Positions 37,615 to 50,875 of a DNA stretch of 64,000 bases are shown here, piece after piece; position 1 is the first letter of the stretch; every line of letters begins with the position of its first letter. The notes below the pieces were generated by a model, which made no database searches, was not told the origin of the DNA, and worked only from the letters and a program-made list of their open reading frames with translations. The stretch comes from Neovahlkampfia damariscottae (Eukaryota). The DNA lies in assembly GCA_016618085.1 (NCBI GenBank), contig JABLTG010000012.1, forward strand, positions 62,001-126,000. Direction: 5' to 3'. The position numbers and the translations under genes are program-made.

Positions 37615-37983
37615 TTCTATTTTATTTTATTTCATTTTATATTATTTTTTATTTTTTCATCAACAAATGAAGAAAATTATTCACAAAATTTTTACTATGG
37701 ACCAAAAAAAACATTGCTAATCATTTCAGTTAAAGTTTAGAAATTATGTAAGGGTTAGATTTCGAAAGGGGGAATGTATAGCTTTATTCCAAACAAAATA
37801 AAAACTTTCTTTTGATCCAGTAGCTAATCCCAAATAATTTTTTAAACGTTGAAAAAATCATTTTTTTGATTGGAGGAATTCAATTTCCTCAAAATTGTTG
37901 ATTGTAAGTGATTTGTGTTCCTGTTTAATATTAAACAATATCAATTTTGTTTAACTTTGATTAGTTTTAGCTGTCCAATCAAA

Positions 37984-38517
37984 ATGTCTTCTGCCCAAGA
38001 AATCATCGATTACCACGCAAAAGTTGGAACAACTCCTGAAGGTGCTCTCAAATGTTGGTTTGATGCTATCTTCCTTTATATTGATATCAAGACTAGAGAT
38101 GAAGGCAGAAAAGCTCTCCAAAACCTTACCATCCCTTTCAAACCGGATACTGATTGGGACAAGAAACCATCAAATGGTACCTTCAAAGGGGTACTCCAAG
38201 GAAAAACTACCTATATATTTAACAGCTATGCAAAAGGAACTTCACCAGAAAACCAATATTCCATGGATAAATCCAACTATGAGTAAGAAAAAATAAAACT
38301 CTCAACTTTTCAAAGATTAAACGTTGAAAAAAGTCATGAAGATAAATACGGTAAAAGAGGTTGGGCTGTGTTTCTCAGAAGTTCTGGAGCAGATAGCTCC
38401 CGTCCAGTTTACTTGAAAAAGTCTTCAAAAACAGGGTTGTATTATCCAGATACTATTTCCAATGTATACCTTGGAATTAGAAAGCCAGTTGATCCTGATG
38501 TAGAAACATTTGAATAA
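37984..38517 (+). CDS. DUF6935-like protein of prokaryotic type (one intron)
   Basis: TPEGA, SYAKGTSPENQY, LRSSGADSSRPVYL, SNVYLGIRKP. Confidence 0.7.
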
Positions 38518-38645
38518 ATTAGATTATTTTCAAAAAAAAAAACTTTTTCTCAAATGGTGTTTTTGAAAGTCATCTCAAGGTATGCCATTAAATCTATCAA
38601 CTCTTCCACAGTTATTAACTTACTTTGTAAAATTAACTTTAAATT

Positions 38646-39654
38646 TTATTCTTCTGCTTCTTCCAGAGGATCATCTCCATCAATGATATAATCCAATATT
38701 CCATAATTTGATTCAACTTTTTGTATTTTTTTATTTTCAGATAATTTTCCTGTTCTCAACATTTCCTCCAATTGATTTGGATCAGTATGAATATTTGGAT
38801 TCATTATATTATGTTCTTCTTCATCATCTGAAGAATCCAAACTTAATTTATTCCAAAATGATTTCTGTTTCGGTACAAAAAAATCATAGATTAAATTTTC
38901 ATTTTTCCATTTTCCTTTAATAACAGTTCTTCTCAAATCATTGATTCCACCTGAAAATTCAAAAGGAATTTCATCAAATTTGACAAAACTATTTGATTTG
39001 TTGTATTTTTTCTTTTCTTTTTGAAATTGAATTTCTCTGTCTTTTATTGTTTGTCCTGAACTTTTACAAGAATTCATTGAATAAATAAAATGATTCCATT
39101 CAACTCTTGATTCATTGGTCAATGAAAATGTTGGAATGAATAATTTATCTTTTAGAAATGATGAAAATGAAAAGCCTATATATTTTTAAAAACTATCGTC
39201 TTACATAACAAATGTATTTTTTGTGAAGACAATTTCATGGATAAAAATGAAAAATCATTTTTGAAAATTGAAAGTGTTTCTTTTTCTTCATTTGATAATG
39301 TTTCGATATCATTGACATTATTATAAACTCTATTTCAATGAATTCAAAATATTTTTTAAAAACTTACCTTGGTTCCAAATAACTAAAATCTCCTTGTATT
39401 GAATATTCAGTTTCATTTGGATATGAATTCTCAAGTGTTTCAAATATATTATAAAACTTTGATGAATCTATTATTTTAATTGAATTGCCATTTGGAATTG
39501 GTAAAATTATTGTTTTTTCTTTTTCTATATTTTTTATTTGGACAAACTTTTTCTCAAAGTTAATCAGATTAAAAATTACATTAAATTGTTCTCGGTGATT
39601 CTTTGACAAAGAAACAAAGAAACGAAACTCCAAGTGGTTTTTGTTCTGTTTCAT
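38646..39654 (-). CDS. Hypothetical protein (3 exons)
   Basis: Frames join through GT-AG introns near 39330-39367 and 39175-39204. Confidence 0.6.
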
Positions 39655-39978
39655 AATGTTGCTTCAAAGGCAATTTTGATTGGACGGAAAAGTACTTGTT
39701 GTTTTACAAAGTAATGACTCATGCAAAATTATTGCTTTCTTTCCAATCCTTTTGCTGTATATTTGCATATGAACCAACAATACATTTTTTGAAATTAAAT
39801 TATTTATATTATTACTTTTCTTGAATGGAGACGTAAAAATACATAAATTAGCATTCGGAATTGATGAAAATTCACAGAATTCCATTTTACAAATAATGGT
39901 GCCAAAAGAAAATTTACATTGATCCAATTATTTCATTATTGAGTTTTCATTTGACGAAAGAAAAATTCAAACAAAAAC

Positions 39979-41546
39979 ATGAACCAAACTGAAAACGAAC
40001 AACTTTTAATTTTGATTATAGATCGTTCATTAAAAGAAGATCAAATAGAATTCTCTCAGAAATTCATTCAAAACGTCGTTGAATCATTGAAACAACTTTT
40101 CGTCACATTTTGTTGTGTTTCGTCAAAAGTTTCGCTTTCCAAGATTTGTATTTTAGAATCAAATGAAACTTCAATAGAGGTATTCTAAATTCAATTTTTT
40201 AAATCGTAGATTGTCTATCCTCTTGATAATTTCAATCTTTTGGCAATCTTTCAAATGTTGAATAAATTCGGCTCCAAATATCATTCAAAACCAAGTTACG
40301 ACAAAAGTAAGTTGATTTGTCTTATCTTAATTTCAGATATGATCAAAATTAATTTAGAAACTTCGTTGGGCATCATCAAAGAATCAAAAATTGAAAAGAA
40401 TATTCATTTAGTTTATATCACTGCAATTGATTTAAATCTTTCAAATACTGATATTTCCATCATTCAAGTAACTTTAACATATTTCTCATTTTCTACTGTA
40501 GAGTTTTTATTCACAAAATTATTCATTGAATTTCATTCAAATTAGAAAACCATTACAACTTTCAAATATCTCATCAAATTTTTCGGAAATTATTTCAAAT
40601 TTTCCAAATTGCACTGAATCAACAGTTTCAAATGATTCAATTCTTTTAAAGAGAAGTTTGTTGAATTGTTCAAATCATTTCTTGAATTTTCTTCAAAGTG
40701 ATAATCTAAACTTTATAATTTCATTATCAAATGAAAATTTAAACCAAGATATTCATTGTAAATCAAATATTGAGATTATTGAAAATTTAAACATTTCATA
40801 TGAAAAAATTTGCAAATGTCATGGTCATCCAATAAATCAAATGAATGAAGTTGATATTTGTGGAATGAATCATCGTCAACTTGATGATTATCAAATTGAA
40901 AAAGCAACTAAAATTGGTAATTGTATTTTACCGATAAAATTTGAAATGAATTCAAATTCTACAAAAACAATAAAATTAAAAGTGATTGATAAAATCAAAT
41001 TAGAATCTATTAGTGAATCTCAATTATCAGGAAAAGTAATTTTTGATAAAATTAATGAATTAGACATTTATTTTAATTCCATCTTTTTCAACTAATTTTG
41101 AAGAAATGATTGAAAATGATCGTAATTTTTATTCACTTTCAAATGAAATGGAATCATCAAAAATTGGTTTGATTCTTGAAAGTTCATTTGATTTTGAAAA
41201 TAAATCAGAAATGAAAAAATTTTATTTGTTGATGGGAGAAATAAATGGAAACTCAATGATTTTTCAACATGTCATCACACAAGATGAAATATTAACAAAT
41301 TTAAAAAGAGAAATTGAAAATGAAAAATCAACAAAAATTATCAACATCTTAGATTCAATGAAATTAAATAATTTTAATCCAATGAATTATAATTCAGGGT
41401 TTTATGATAAAATTGAATTCATTTTAACAAACGGACAATCTATTCATATTGAAAAAAAAAGAAAACCAAAAATGATTCAATCAATAAAAGAAACATCAAC
41501 AGGTAGAAAACCTATTGTGTTAAAAAAATTTACATCTTTGAAATAA
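39979..41546 (+). CDS. M1AP (meiosis 1 arrest protein)-like protein, spliced
   Basis: VWA-like start LILIIDRS; C-terminal ENDRNFYSL..FYLL..VITQDEIL..LDSMKL..FNP resembles the M1AP C-terminus; CKCHG motif. Confidence 0.45.
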
Positions 41547-41561
41547 AAATTTTTATAAATC

Positions 41562-42451
41562 TCAACCAAGAATACTTGGTAATGCAACGTCAAGTCTCCA
41601 AACAGCAAAAGTCATTGCAGCCCCTGATATCAATGGTATTGTTACATTATCATCAATTCCAGGAATTAATTCTGCTAAAGTAGCTCCTAAAGCACCAACA
41701 AAAACAATATATTCAAATAAATGAATACCCCAAAATACACCAGAACCAACAGCACAACAAACAAATAAACAAGCTAAACTTCCTTCTAAAGATTTTTTTG
41801 AAGAAATTTTTATATTTCCGTAAGACATACCAACTAAAGCAGCAGCTAAATCACCAATATTTCTGAGGTCGAAGTTAAAAATTTTTAAATTACAAATATA
41901 AAATTGCAGTCATTGCAATGACAGGTTTGAATAAAAATAAAGTCCAGAAACATCCAATCATATACCATGTGGTTCCAAAGAATTTTTTATGTTCATGTGC
42001 TCTCATGATATTTCCTATATTTTTATTCATGAAATTTTTCGCAAAATCAAAATTGTATCTCATAAACTTTTAAAAAAATTTAAAATTTAAAAAAATGAAT
42101 ACTTCTACAAATAACATCCAAACAGCCAAAGCTCCAACAATTATAGTTGTTGTTTCACGTGATAAGAAATCAAATCTTAAACCCAAATAATAAATTGCTG
42201 GCATTAGAATTCCAACCTTTATTTTGTTGAGTTATTTTTTTGTTTACCATATGAAAAGATTTTCTTTTGAATTCAGATAGTACTTTTGTTATTCTTTTTT
42301 TTGCTACACCCATCCAGTTTTTCAAGAATTCTCTCCTGAGTAAAAATGAAAATAAAATGACCACTGGAATTGAAAAAACTAATAAATACATGAAATAGAG
42401 ACGAAAATCTGAGTGTTCAGCGATTATCTGTTGTTCATTGTTGTCTTCCAT
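41562..42451 (-). CDS. CTP-dependent lipid kinase (DGK1/phytol/dolichol kinase family)
   Basis: KRKSFHM, GDLAAALVG, KKSLEGSL, DDNVTIP. Confidence 0.9.
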
Positions 42452-42562
42452 TTTCTCTTTGTTCTGGGATTGGACAATTATTTTTAGTTTAAATTGACAA
42501 ATCAGCTTTGATAAAAAATCCAAAAATTTAACGGTGTTTTCGAAGCGCCTAAAATCCAACCA

Positions 42563-43441
42563 ATGAAATCATCCCGTAGACCAAACAAAGTACAAACCTC
42601 ACTTGGTGAAAGTATTTATCTATTTGTTTGGGCACTTCTTAAGAGTTCAAAAGAAGTCTTCATTGACTTTGCTTATGATATCTTAGATTCTTTGAGCTCC
42701 ACTCAGAGAAAGAATAAACGTCTAAAATCCACCAAACTTTACTGGACAAAGCTTCAAAGACAAATGGGTATTTTAGAAGAAAATAAAAGTGAAAAATCAC
42801 AAAAAACAGAAGATGAACCAGGTGAAAATAAATTAGAAAGTCTTGAAAATGAAATTATGAACTTGAAACTTGAACTTGAAAGTTTCACAAGTCCAAGAGG
42901 AACAAAAACAAATTTACTTGAAATTAATAACAAAATTGAAAAAGGACCAATGCCAAAAGGACCAGTACCAAAAGGACCACCTTTACCACCTCCACCTCCA
43001 CCAAATTCTGCAAGATCAAGTTATGTAGCACCAACAAAGAAAGAAACTCCGAAACCAATAGAAAAAAAACAAGAAACAAAACCAACACATAATAGATCAG
43101 AAAGTGTTACTACAGATGCTCTTCAACAAGCAGCAAAATTATTAAGAAAAACCAAACCAAAATCACCAGCACCTTCTCCAAAAAAAGCTCCACAAATGTG
43201 TTTTCAAAATGACTTATTCAATGCTATTAAATCAAAATTCAAAAAAGTTATAGATGAAGATGATGATAAGGATGCTTGGTCTGGTTATAATTCACCTCAA
43301 AGAAAATCTTCTTTTAGTAGTTCTCCAAAACCAAAAGAGTTAGTTGCTTCTCAAAATGAAACTTCAAAGGCAATTGAAAATACACAAAATTTTTTGAATT
43401 TCGAAGATTTGGAATCTTTAAAATTACAAAATAAAATTTAA
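42563..43441 (+). CDS. Coiled-coil/polyproline protein, MTFR1-like or WH2-containing
   Basis: KLESLENEIMNLK, PPPPPP, LLRKT, DLFNAIKSKF. Confidence 0.45.
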   Translation: MKSSRRPNKVQTSLGESIYLFVWALLKSSKEVFIDFAYDILDSLSSTQRKNKRLKSTKLYWTKLQRQMGILEENKSEKSQKTEDEPGENKLESLENEIMNLKLELESFTSPRGTKTNLLEINNKIEKGPMPKGPVPKGPPLPPPPPPNSARSSYVAPTKKETPKPIEKKQETKPTHNRSESVTTDALQQAAKLLRKTKPKSPAPSPKKAPQMCFQNDLFNAIKSKFKKVIDEDDDKDAWSGYNSPQRKSSFSSSPKPKELVASQNETSKAIENTQNFLNFEDLESLKLQNKI

Positions 43442-43464
43442 TAATACTTTTTGTAAAGAATATT

Positions 43465-44609
43465 TTATTTCTTTTTTTGTTTATTGTTTTTTTGTTTTTC
43501 CTCTTCACCATCTTTGTATCTGTTATCACCTGTGACATTTCCTGAGTTTTTTAATGTTTGAACTAAAACTCCAATTGCTCTAATAAACCAATTCACGTGT
43601 AAACACCATAAACCACATAAAAGTGTAAAAGCGATATGAGATGAAGAAATACAATGTTCACCAGCACATATGTATTTGCCAACTGAAAAAAATGGCGTAG
43701 TTAAATCTCTTTTCATGTATAAATCGAAATCTCTTAATAAAGGTTCACTAATAAAGAAAGTGTTAAAATTTTTTTTTTTTACCCAGGAATTGGTAAAATC
43801 AAATATCTTCCGAGAAAATATAAACGCACTATTGGTAAACTTGTAACAAAAGCGAAAAAATTAAAATTAGCCAACATTTGCCAGTCTGCATCATCTAACA
43901 AAAAATTAATTTTTTTTTTTTTTTTTTTTGAAAACTTACGACAAGTTTTTGCCCAGTATAAGAAAATATCAACAAAATCATGAAGAATAATAATATTAGC
44001 TCCAATTCTATGAAAACTAAAAAAAAGTCAAAAAAAAATCTCTTTACACTCCAATATATGAAAAAGCAATTAGACTCTTTGTGATTAAATGATGTGCTAA
44101 CATTTCATAAAAATCAGCAAGTTTTTCATCAATAAAAAGTAAATTCACTAAAAGTTGTAAATAATAACCAAATTGAAGTAAATAAAAATATCTGAGAAAA
44201 GTACTGTTTTGTTAAAAAATTTTACTTTTTTTTTTTTTTACATATCATCACCAAGATGTGGATGAGGGTCTAAACCATAACCTTTGACGGATAAATATGG
44301 ATCCCAAAACCAGTCTTCTCTTCTTATAATCAAAAACATGATTAAAGTTGAAACTGGATAAAATGTTGAATACCAAATATCTTCAATAAATCTTGAGTAT
44401 TTTGAACCTTTGTTTTTTTTTCCTTTTGTCTTGTCAAGTTGTAAATAGTTGGCAAATGGTATATAAATTGCCATGTTTAAAAATTTTCTTAATATAAAAA
44501 AGAATATACATGAACCAAGGACTATGAATAAATCTTCAGCATGTAATCTGATGTTTCTTTCTTTATCGAGTCCCGGAAAATAAGAAGCGTACTGTTGATA
44601 AAGCTCCAT
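43465..44609 (-). CDS. LAG1: Ceramide synthase (Lag1/TLC domain)
   Basis: RFIEDIW, DFYEMLAHHLIT, FHRIG..LHDFVDIFLY..K. Confidence 0.9.
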
Positions 44610-45037
44610 TCAATCAAAACTGAAATACAATTTGATTGGCTGATTTTTTTAACATTAAATAACAAAATTTTAAAATGAATAAAGTACATTCTTATTATAT
44701 TTTCACAAAAACTCAATTCTCCTTTTATCCGGTGTTAAATAATTGGTTTATCTCCACCAATTAAATCAATTGAAAACGTCGAAGTTGATTTTCATCATTT
44801 CTGTTGTTTTTGACCTAACCCTTACAAAAGCTATAATAATCATGATGCTCTGATGAAATGATGAAATCTTCAAGAACAAAGAAGAAAAAAAAAAAAGAAA
44901 AAAAAAATTGTTTGTGAAATTTTCACACAATTCTTTGTTCATCCCATGTTTTTGAAGAATGAAATTATAATTCTCAGGATTTTATTGGCTCTTTTTGTTA
45001 ATTTCACCACCAAAAGAAAAAATTAGTTATCAGTTCA

Positions 45038-45511
45038 ATGGAAGAAACAACAGACTTGGATTTAGATGATATGTTAAAAGATTACTTCAATGAAATTGAA
45101 ATCAATGAACCTGAAATCAGAAAAGTAGTGAAAGAAAAACAAAAAGAAATTCATGAAAATGTCACCTTTGTCAAGTTACTTCCAAACCCAGATGAAGAAT
45201 TACCAACAATTCAAGCAAAACAAAAGGTTCACGTATTCGTTTTTGATGAAACAGGAAAGATTTTAGCAAATTCAATTGAAGAAAAAGAATTATTCCGATA
45301 TGACCTAAAGACACCTCCTCAAAACAACCAAGATTACATAAAACGCTCAAGAAAATGTCTAAAATGTGGCAGTATTGCAGAAGCAGGTGTATTTCTTCAA
45401 TGTTACTGTAAATCAACTTATCATATCAAATGTAATTGTGGATGTGAAAATCATGTATCGCACAACACGCTCACAAAACATGAAAAAACAAAAAAACGTA
45501 AATTTGAATAA
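45038..45511 (+). CDS. Small protein with C-terminal PHD/RING-like Cys-His cluster
   Basis: CLKC..QCYCKSTYHIKCNCGC; C-terminal KKRK. Confidence 0.55.
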   Translation: MEETTDLDLDDMLKDYFNEIEINEPEIRKVVKEKQKEIHENVTFVKLLPNPDEELPTIQAKQKVHVFVFDETGKILANSIEEKELFRYDLKTPPQNNQDYIKRSRKCLKCGSIAEAGVFLQCYCKSTYHIKCNCGCENHVSHNTLTKHEKTKKRKFE

Positions 45512-45514
45512 AAT

Positions 45515-47547
45515 TTATGACTTTTGAGCAATAGATCCTTTTAGCATATTTTCTGGAAATTCAAAACATTCTACTAAATCTAAAGCATGTCGGTCGATAT
45601 CTTTTAATACATTTCTGATGACTTTATTCAATTGGTCAAATCTGTTGTTGGAGATGAATTTTGAATGCAAAAACCAGGGATCATTTTTGACAATATTGAC
45701 AGCGTATAATGTTCTTAAACATTTCAATACTGTTTTATTGTCAATACTTTCACATGACTCAATTGCCTTGGTAAATTCTTCAAGATGTAATTTTTCAATG
45801 TATGCATTCGTTAAGCTTGAAGAATGAAGTTGCACTGCATTCCAGGCTTCAAAAAGATTCTTTTTCTTCATTTCATTTGAAAATCTATTCGCAAGTGTGA
45901 AAACCAATCGATCTTCTCTCTTTTGAAAAAGTGAAATCAAGAAATTACTGCTTGACCAATCATCAATACTTGGTAAAAATTCAGTATCTTGAATTAAATA
46001 AGAATGAACATCTTGATAATAATATTCAACTAAAATTTGAAAGTAACTTGATGTTAATCTAGACTGAAATTTTCCAAGTAAGTATTTACTGATCAATTGA
46101 GAGAGAACTGGATTTGCACCATCCAAAGTAACCATTATATCTAAATCATTTTTTAATCCTGGGATCAAATTTTTTGAAATGTATCCTTCTGATCCACAAC
46201 ACTCTCTACATTCTTGAAGACATTGATTTGCTGCCCATGAAGTATAGATTTTAGCAGCAGCAATTTTGATTGTTAATTCTTTCAATTTTTCTTCACTTTT
46301 GTTTGAATAAAGTTTCTTACAACTTTTGATATAAAATCCAATAGCATAAGATTTTGCTAAATTTGAATACAACAAATATTTTTGGTTTTGATGTGAAATA
46401 ATTGGAACTTCTGGATTACCAAATTGCAGTCTTTTATGTGAATATCTGATTGCAATTAATAATGCCAAGCGCATTTGATAAATGATTGGTACAGCAACAC
46501 TTAAAAAAACAGTTAAATGAAAAGTGATTTACAGTAAACGTGCTAATAATAATTGATCTGTGATTTTTCCAAATCTCTGAGAATTTGATTTGATTTTAGT
46601 TTCATATTCCCCATTTTCATTAATTCTTCCAAATTTTCCCAACATGTTCTTCAATGGAATTCTCACTTGATTAAACTCAATGATTCCATGATCCACTCCA
46701 TTTAATCCTTCTTTTTTTCCTATTGTTTCTATTGTAATTCCGTGACAACATTTATTATTTTCATCCCTCAGTTGAACAATAAATGGATGTATTCCATAGG
46801 ATTTTTCATTGAGTGTTAAATTTGCAAAGATGATTGAATAATTTGCGTGTTTACCAGCCCCACCAATATAACACTTTCTTGAACTCTTTTTTGGACTATT
46901 TATGATAATTTCTTTTGTTGATTTATCAAAAATTGCTGTTGTTTCAAGTGACTATTTTGTCATCAATTTTATTTTTATTTTTACTTTTATATCACTTCCA
47001 TGACCAATTTCTGTCATTCCAAAACAACCAAAAACTTCTGAGTTATCAATTTTTGGAATGAAAAAATTAATTTGTTCTTCATTTCCAAGATTATAAAGGC
47101 AGCTGTTCGGTGAAAAAAAAAAAAAAATTACCAGGTGAAAAACGAATAATTGATTGAAAATTTCATTCCAAGGGATGAACTATTACTTGAGAAACTTTCA
47201 AAAAAAGCAAAATATTTCAGTGGATCTTCTTTTATGTCTTTTCCTTTAAGAAATTGTTGTTCAAGTATTTTCAAAAGATTTTTAAAGGTCCAGTCTTGCA
47301 ATTCATCAGAAGTCATTTGATTTTGTTCTTCTCTTTCTTGAAACTCTTCTTGGGACAAAAATAATTTTACTTTTTTTCTGAATTCTTTGTGGTCGTCTTC
47401 AAACATTTGTAACAATTCTTGTTTGTTAATTTTTATTTTTTTTGTAAAAGGAAAGATGAAACAATCTTCTTTTGAGATAACTCTTTGTGTTTCTGATATC
47501 AACTGATTTTTCAAAACAAAAATTCTGTTTGATGTTGTGCTGTTCAT
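45515..47547 (-). CDS. ACOX: Peroxisomal acyl-CoA oxidase
   Basis: GCFGMTEIGHGSD, GLNGVDHG, LQFG, QECRECCGSEGY, TLDGANPVL. Confidence 0.93.
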
Positions 47548-47647
47548 GAAAACGAAAAAGATGATTGGACTGAATGATCATGAGGTGATTGAAATACAAA
47601 AATAATTTTAAACATGAAAAATTGGATTTTAATATCTTGAAATGTAT

Positions 47648-50600
47648 TTATTGATTCAAAACTGCATGACATCTTTCACAAACTTGATGTTCAACTTTTG
47701 AAGTAAATTTCCAACATCTGACACATTTATAATCTGTTGGCTCGATCAACTTAACACTATACTCTAAATCCGAATCATTTTTAGTGATTGTAACTTTTGA
47801 AACAGAAAATATTTCTTCCAAATCTTCATTTGTGAATAATTCCAAAAATTTCATTTTTTCTTTATCAAAAATTTCAATTTCAACATTAGTCGCAAAAGAA
47901 CTACCAATTTTCCTGTTCAAAATTAGAATATTAAATTTCTCACTTTTCTGTTCTTTCTTTTTCGATTAATTTATTTACTTCATGTTTTAAATTCAAAATT
48001 TCAACCCAAGCAGTTTCCATTTCTTCATTTAATTTCCATTCTTCTTTCTAATATAACATTCAATACTTAAAATAAAAAAACTTACAAGATGCATCCAACC
48101 TGTTTCAAAAAAAGAAGTTTGTTCTTTCAATGGATGATTTTGATAAACATCTTCAGCTAAATGACATAAAATTGGTGCAAATGATTTCACAAAAATATCG
48201 AGAATCTATTGAAAAAGTGAGAAATTCAATCTCAAAAATTACATAAAAGATAGTTGTAATTGATGATTTCCTTCCTTGAGATACAATTGGTTCTGCGTAT
48301 AATCTGTCTTTAATAACATCTAAATAGAATGATGATAAATCAACATGAACAATATCTCTAATGAGTTGATGAACTTTATAAAATTCAAATTCATCATAAT
48401 AACGAGTTGTCTTTTCTGCATATTTCATCATTTGATGTAAGATATATTGATCAACTTTTCTTAATTCATTATATGGAACAAAATCTTCCTTTGAGAAATT
48501 TGAAAGATTTCCCAACATGAATTTAGTTGTATTTCTGATTTTTTTATATAAATCAAATTGAATTGAAATAACATTTGGTCCAATAAGAATATCTTTTGTA
48601 TAATCAGCAGAAGCAATCCACAATCTCAAAACCTATGAAAAAAAAATATTCAAAAAACATCAATATTTTACGTCAGCCCCATATGCTGGGTTTTTTTGTC
48701 TATCCTTTCCACCATGAACTATTGAAGATGGTAAGATCATGTTTCCAAGAGATTTTGACATTTTTCTTCCATTTTCATCTAAAACGAAACCATGAGTGAT
48801 TAAATTTGTATATGGTGATTTATTTGTTAATGCGACAGAAGTCAATAATGATGATTGAAACCAACCACGATGTTGATCTAAAAAATTTCAGTTGTTTGAT
48901 GAATTTTCAAACCTGATCCTTCCAAGTATACATCAGCCGGTAATTTAATACCTCTTTCTTTCAAAACTGAATACCAACTACTTCCACTATCAAACCATAC
49001 ATCTAAAGTATCAGTTCCTCTTTCATATTCATTTCCATCATTGCGATATTTTGGAGCCAATAATTCTTCAGTAGATAATTCCCACCAACAATTTGTTCCA
49101 TGTTCTCTCACAAGTGATATAATATGTTCAATACTTTCAGTAGTTGCCAGTACATCACCATTTGCTTTATTATAAAAAACAGGAATTGGAACACCCCAAT
49201 TTCTTTGACGACTAATACACCATTCATTTCTTTTTTCAATGAATGATTGTAAACGATTTCTTCCAGAAGGTGGATAGATATTGATATTTTCGATACTTTT
49301 GAGTGCATCTTCTTTCAATTTTTCAACAGTAGCAAACCATTGTGATGTTGATCTGATGATTACAGGTTTCTTTGATCTCCAGTCATAAGGGTATTTATGA
49401 TTGTAATCTTCTTTAGCTATTATTTTATTTTTCTCTTCTAAAATTTTCATTACAGCTTCTGTTCCTTCTGTTAAAACTGATAAACCTTCAAATTCAGGAA
49501 CTTGATTCGTAAATCGACCAAAGTTATCAACTGGACAAATAGGTTCTAAATTATGTTTCTTTCCAATCAAGAAATCTTCCATACCATGTCCAGGAGCTGT
49601 ATGAACTAATCCAGTACCTGCTAAAGTTGTAACATGATCACCATGAACTAAGACACTTTCTCTCTCATATAATGGATGATCACATGTGTATTGTGATAAA
49701 AGATTTCCTTTGAAGTTTTCTAATACTTCATGATTTTGAAGATGTCTTGAAACTTCTTTTAAAAGATCACTTGCAACAATAAAATGTTCATCATTCCACC
49801 TGATAATTGAATAATCAAAATTCTCATTAAAACAAACAGCCTTTGATGAAACAATGTGAGTATTCCATTTCTTACTTGATTTGAAACGATTGTCCAAGGA
49901 GTTGTTGTCCAAATTAAACATCCAATATTTTTATATTTTTTTGTAAAATCATTTTCAATTTTTTGATTTTCTTTTGTTCTCATTTTGAATGAAACAAAAA
50001 TTGATTTGGAAATGTGATTTTCAGGATATTCCAATTCAGCTTCAGCCAATGCTGTTTGATTTGAAGGAGACCAATAAACAGGTCTAAATCCTTTATATAT
50101 CAATCCTTCAAAAAATTATAATTAACAAATTTTAAAGGTACCTTTTTTGTACATTTCCAAAAATATTTTGAGTTGTGATGCTTCATATTCCGGTTTCATT
50201 GTAGTATAAATATTATCCCAATCACCTAAAACACCCCATCTTTTAAAATCTTTCATTTGATTTTCAATTTGACTTGTAGCAAATTCAGCACATTTTTTTC
50301 TAATTTCCAAAGGATCATTAATTTTTGAATTTGAAAATTGCATTTCAATAGGTAGACCATGACAATCCCATCCAGGTATAAAATTAACTTTATATCCTTG
50401 TAAAATTTTATATCGACAAATTATGTCTTTTAACACTTTATTCAAACTATGTCCAATATGAAGATTTCCATTGGCGTATGGTGGACTTTTTGGTTAATTT
50501 TTGATTTTTTATTACCCATCATGTAATGTAAATTCTTTTTTATTTTCTAAATTTTTTTGTTTTTCATAAATATAATCACAACAAATTTTTTGTAAATTTG

Positions 50601-50742
50601 GTTCTGTTATTTCTGAATTGGATCTCATTGAAAAATTGGTTTTTGGTAAATTCAGAGTTTTGCTAAACTGTTTAAATACATTTTCATCTGATTTAAAACG
50701 AAAAAACTTTTTTGGTGTTGTGTGAGTGAAAATTCTTTTCAT
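47648..50742 (-). CDS. IARS2: Mitochondrial isoleucyl-tRNA synthetase (bacterial type)
   Basis: [50 protein letters not shown]-terminal KCVRCW..CERC. Confidence 0.96.
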
Positions 50743-50875
50743 TTGAACAACCAATCAAATCGATTTTTGGTTCAAAATCAAAACAGCTTCAAAAACATAA
50801 AACCAAGTATTTTTCTGTTTATTTTTTGGATAATATATTGCACAAAATAGACCAATGATTTTCCATTTTTAAAAA

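Noticed and set aside
37751..37758. Telomeric repeat AGGGTTAG
   Set aside because: Single unit, not an array
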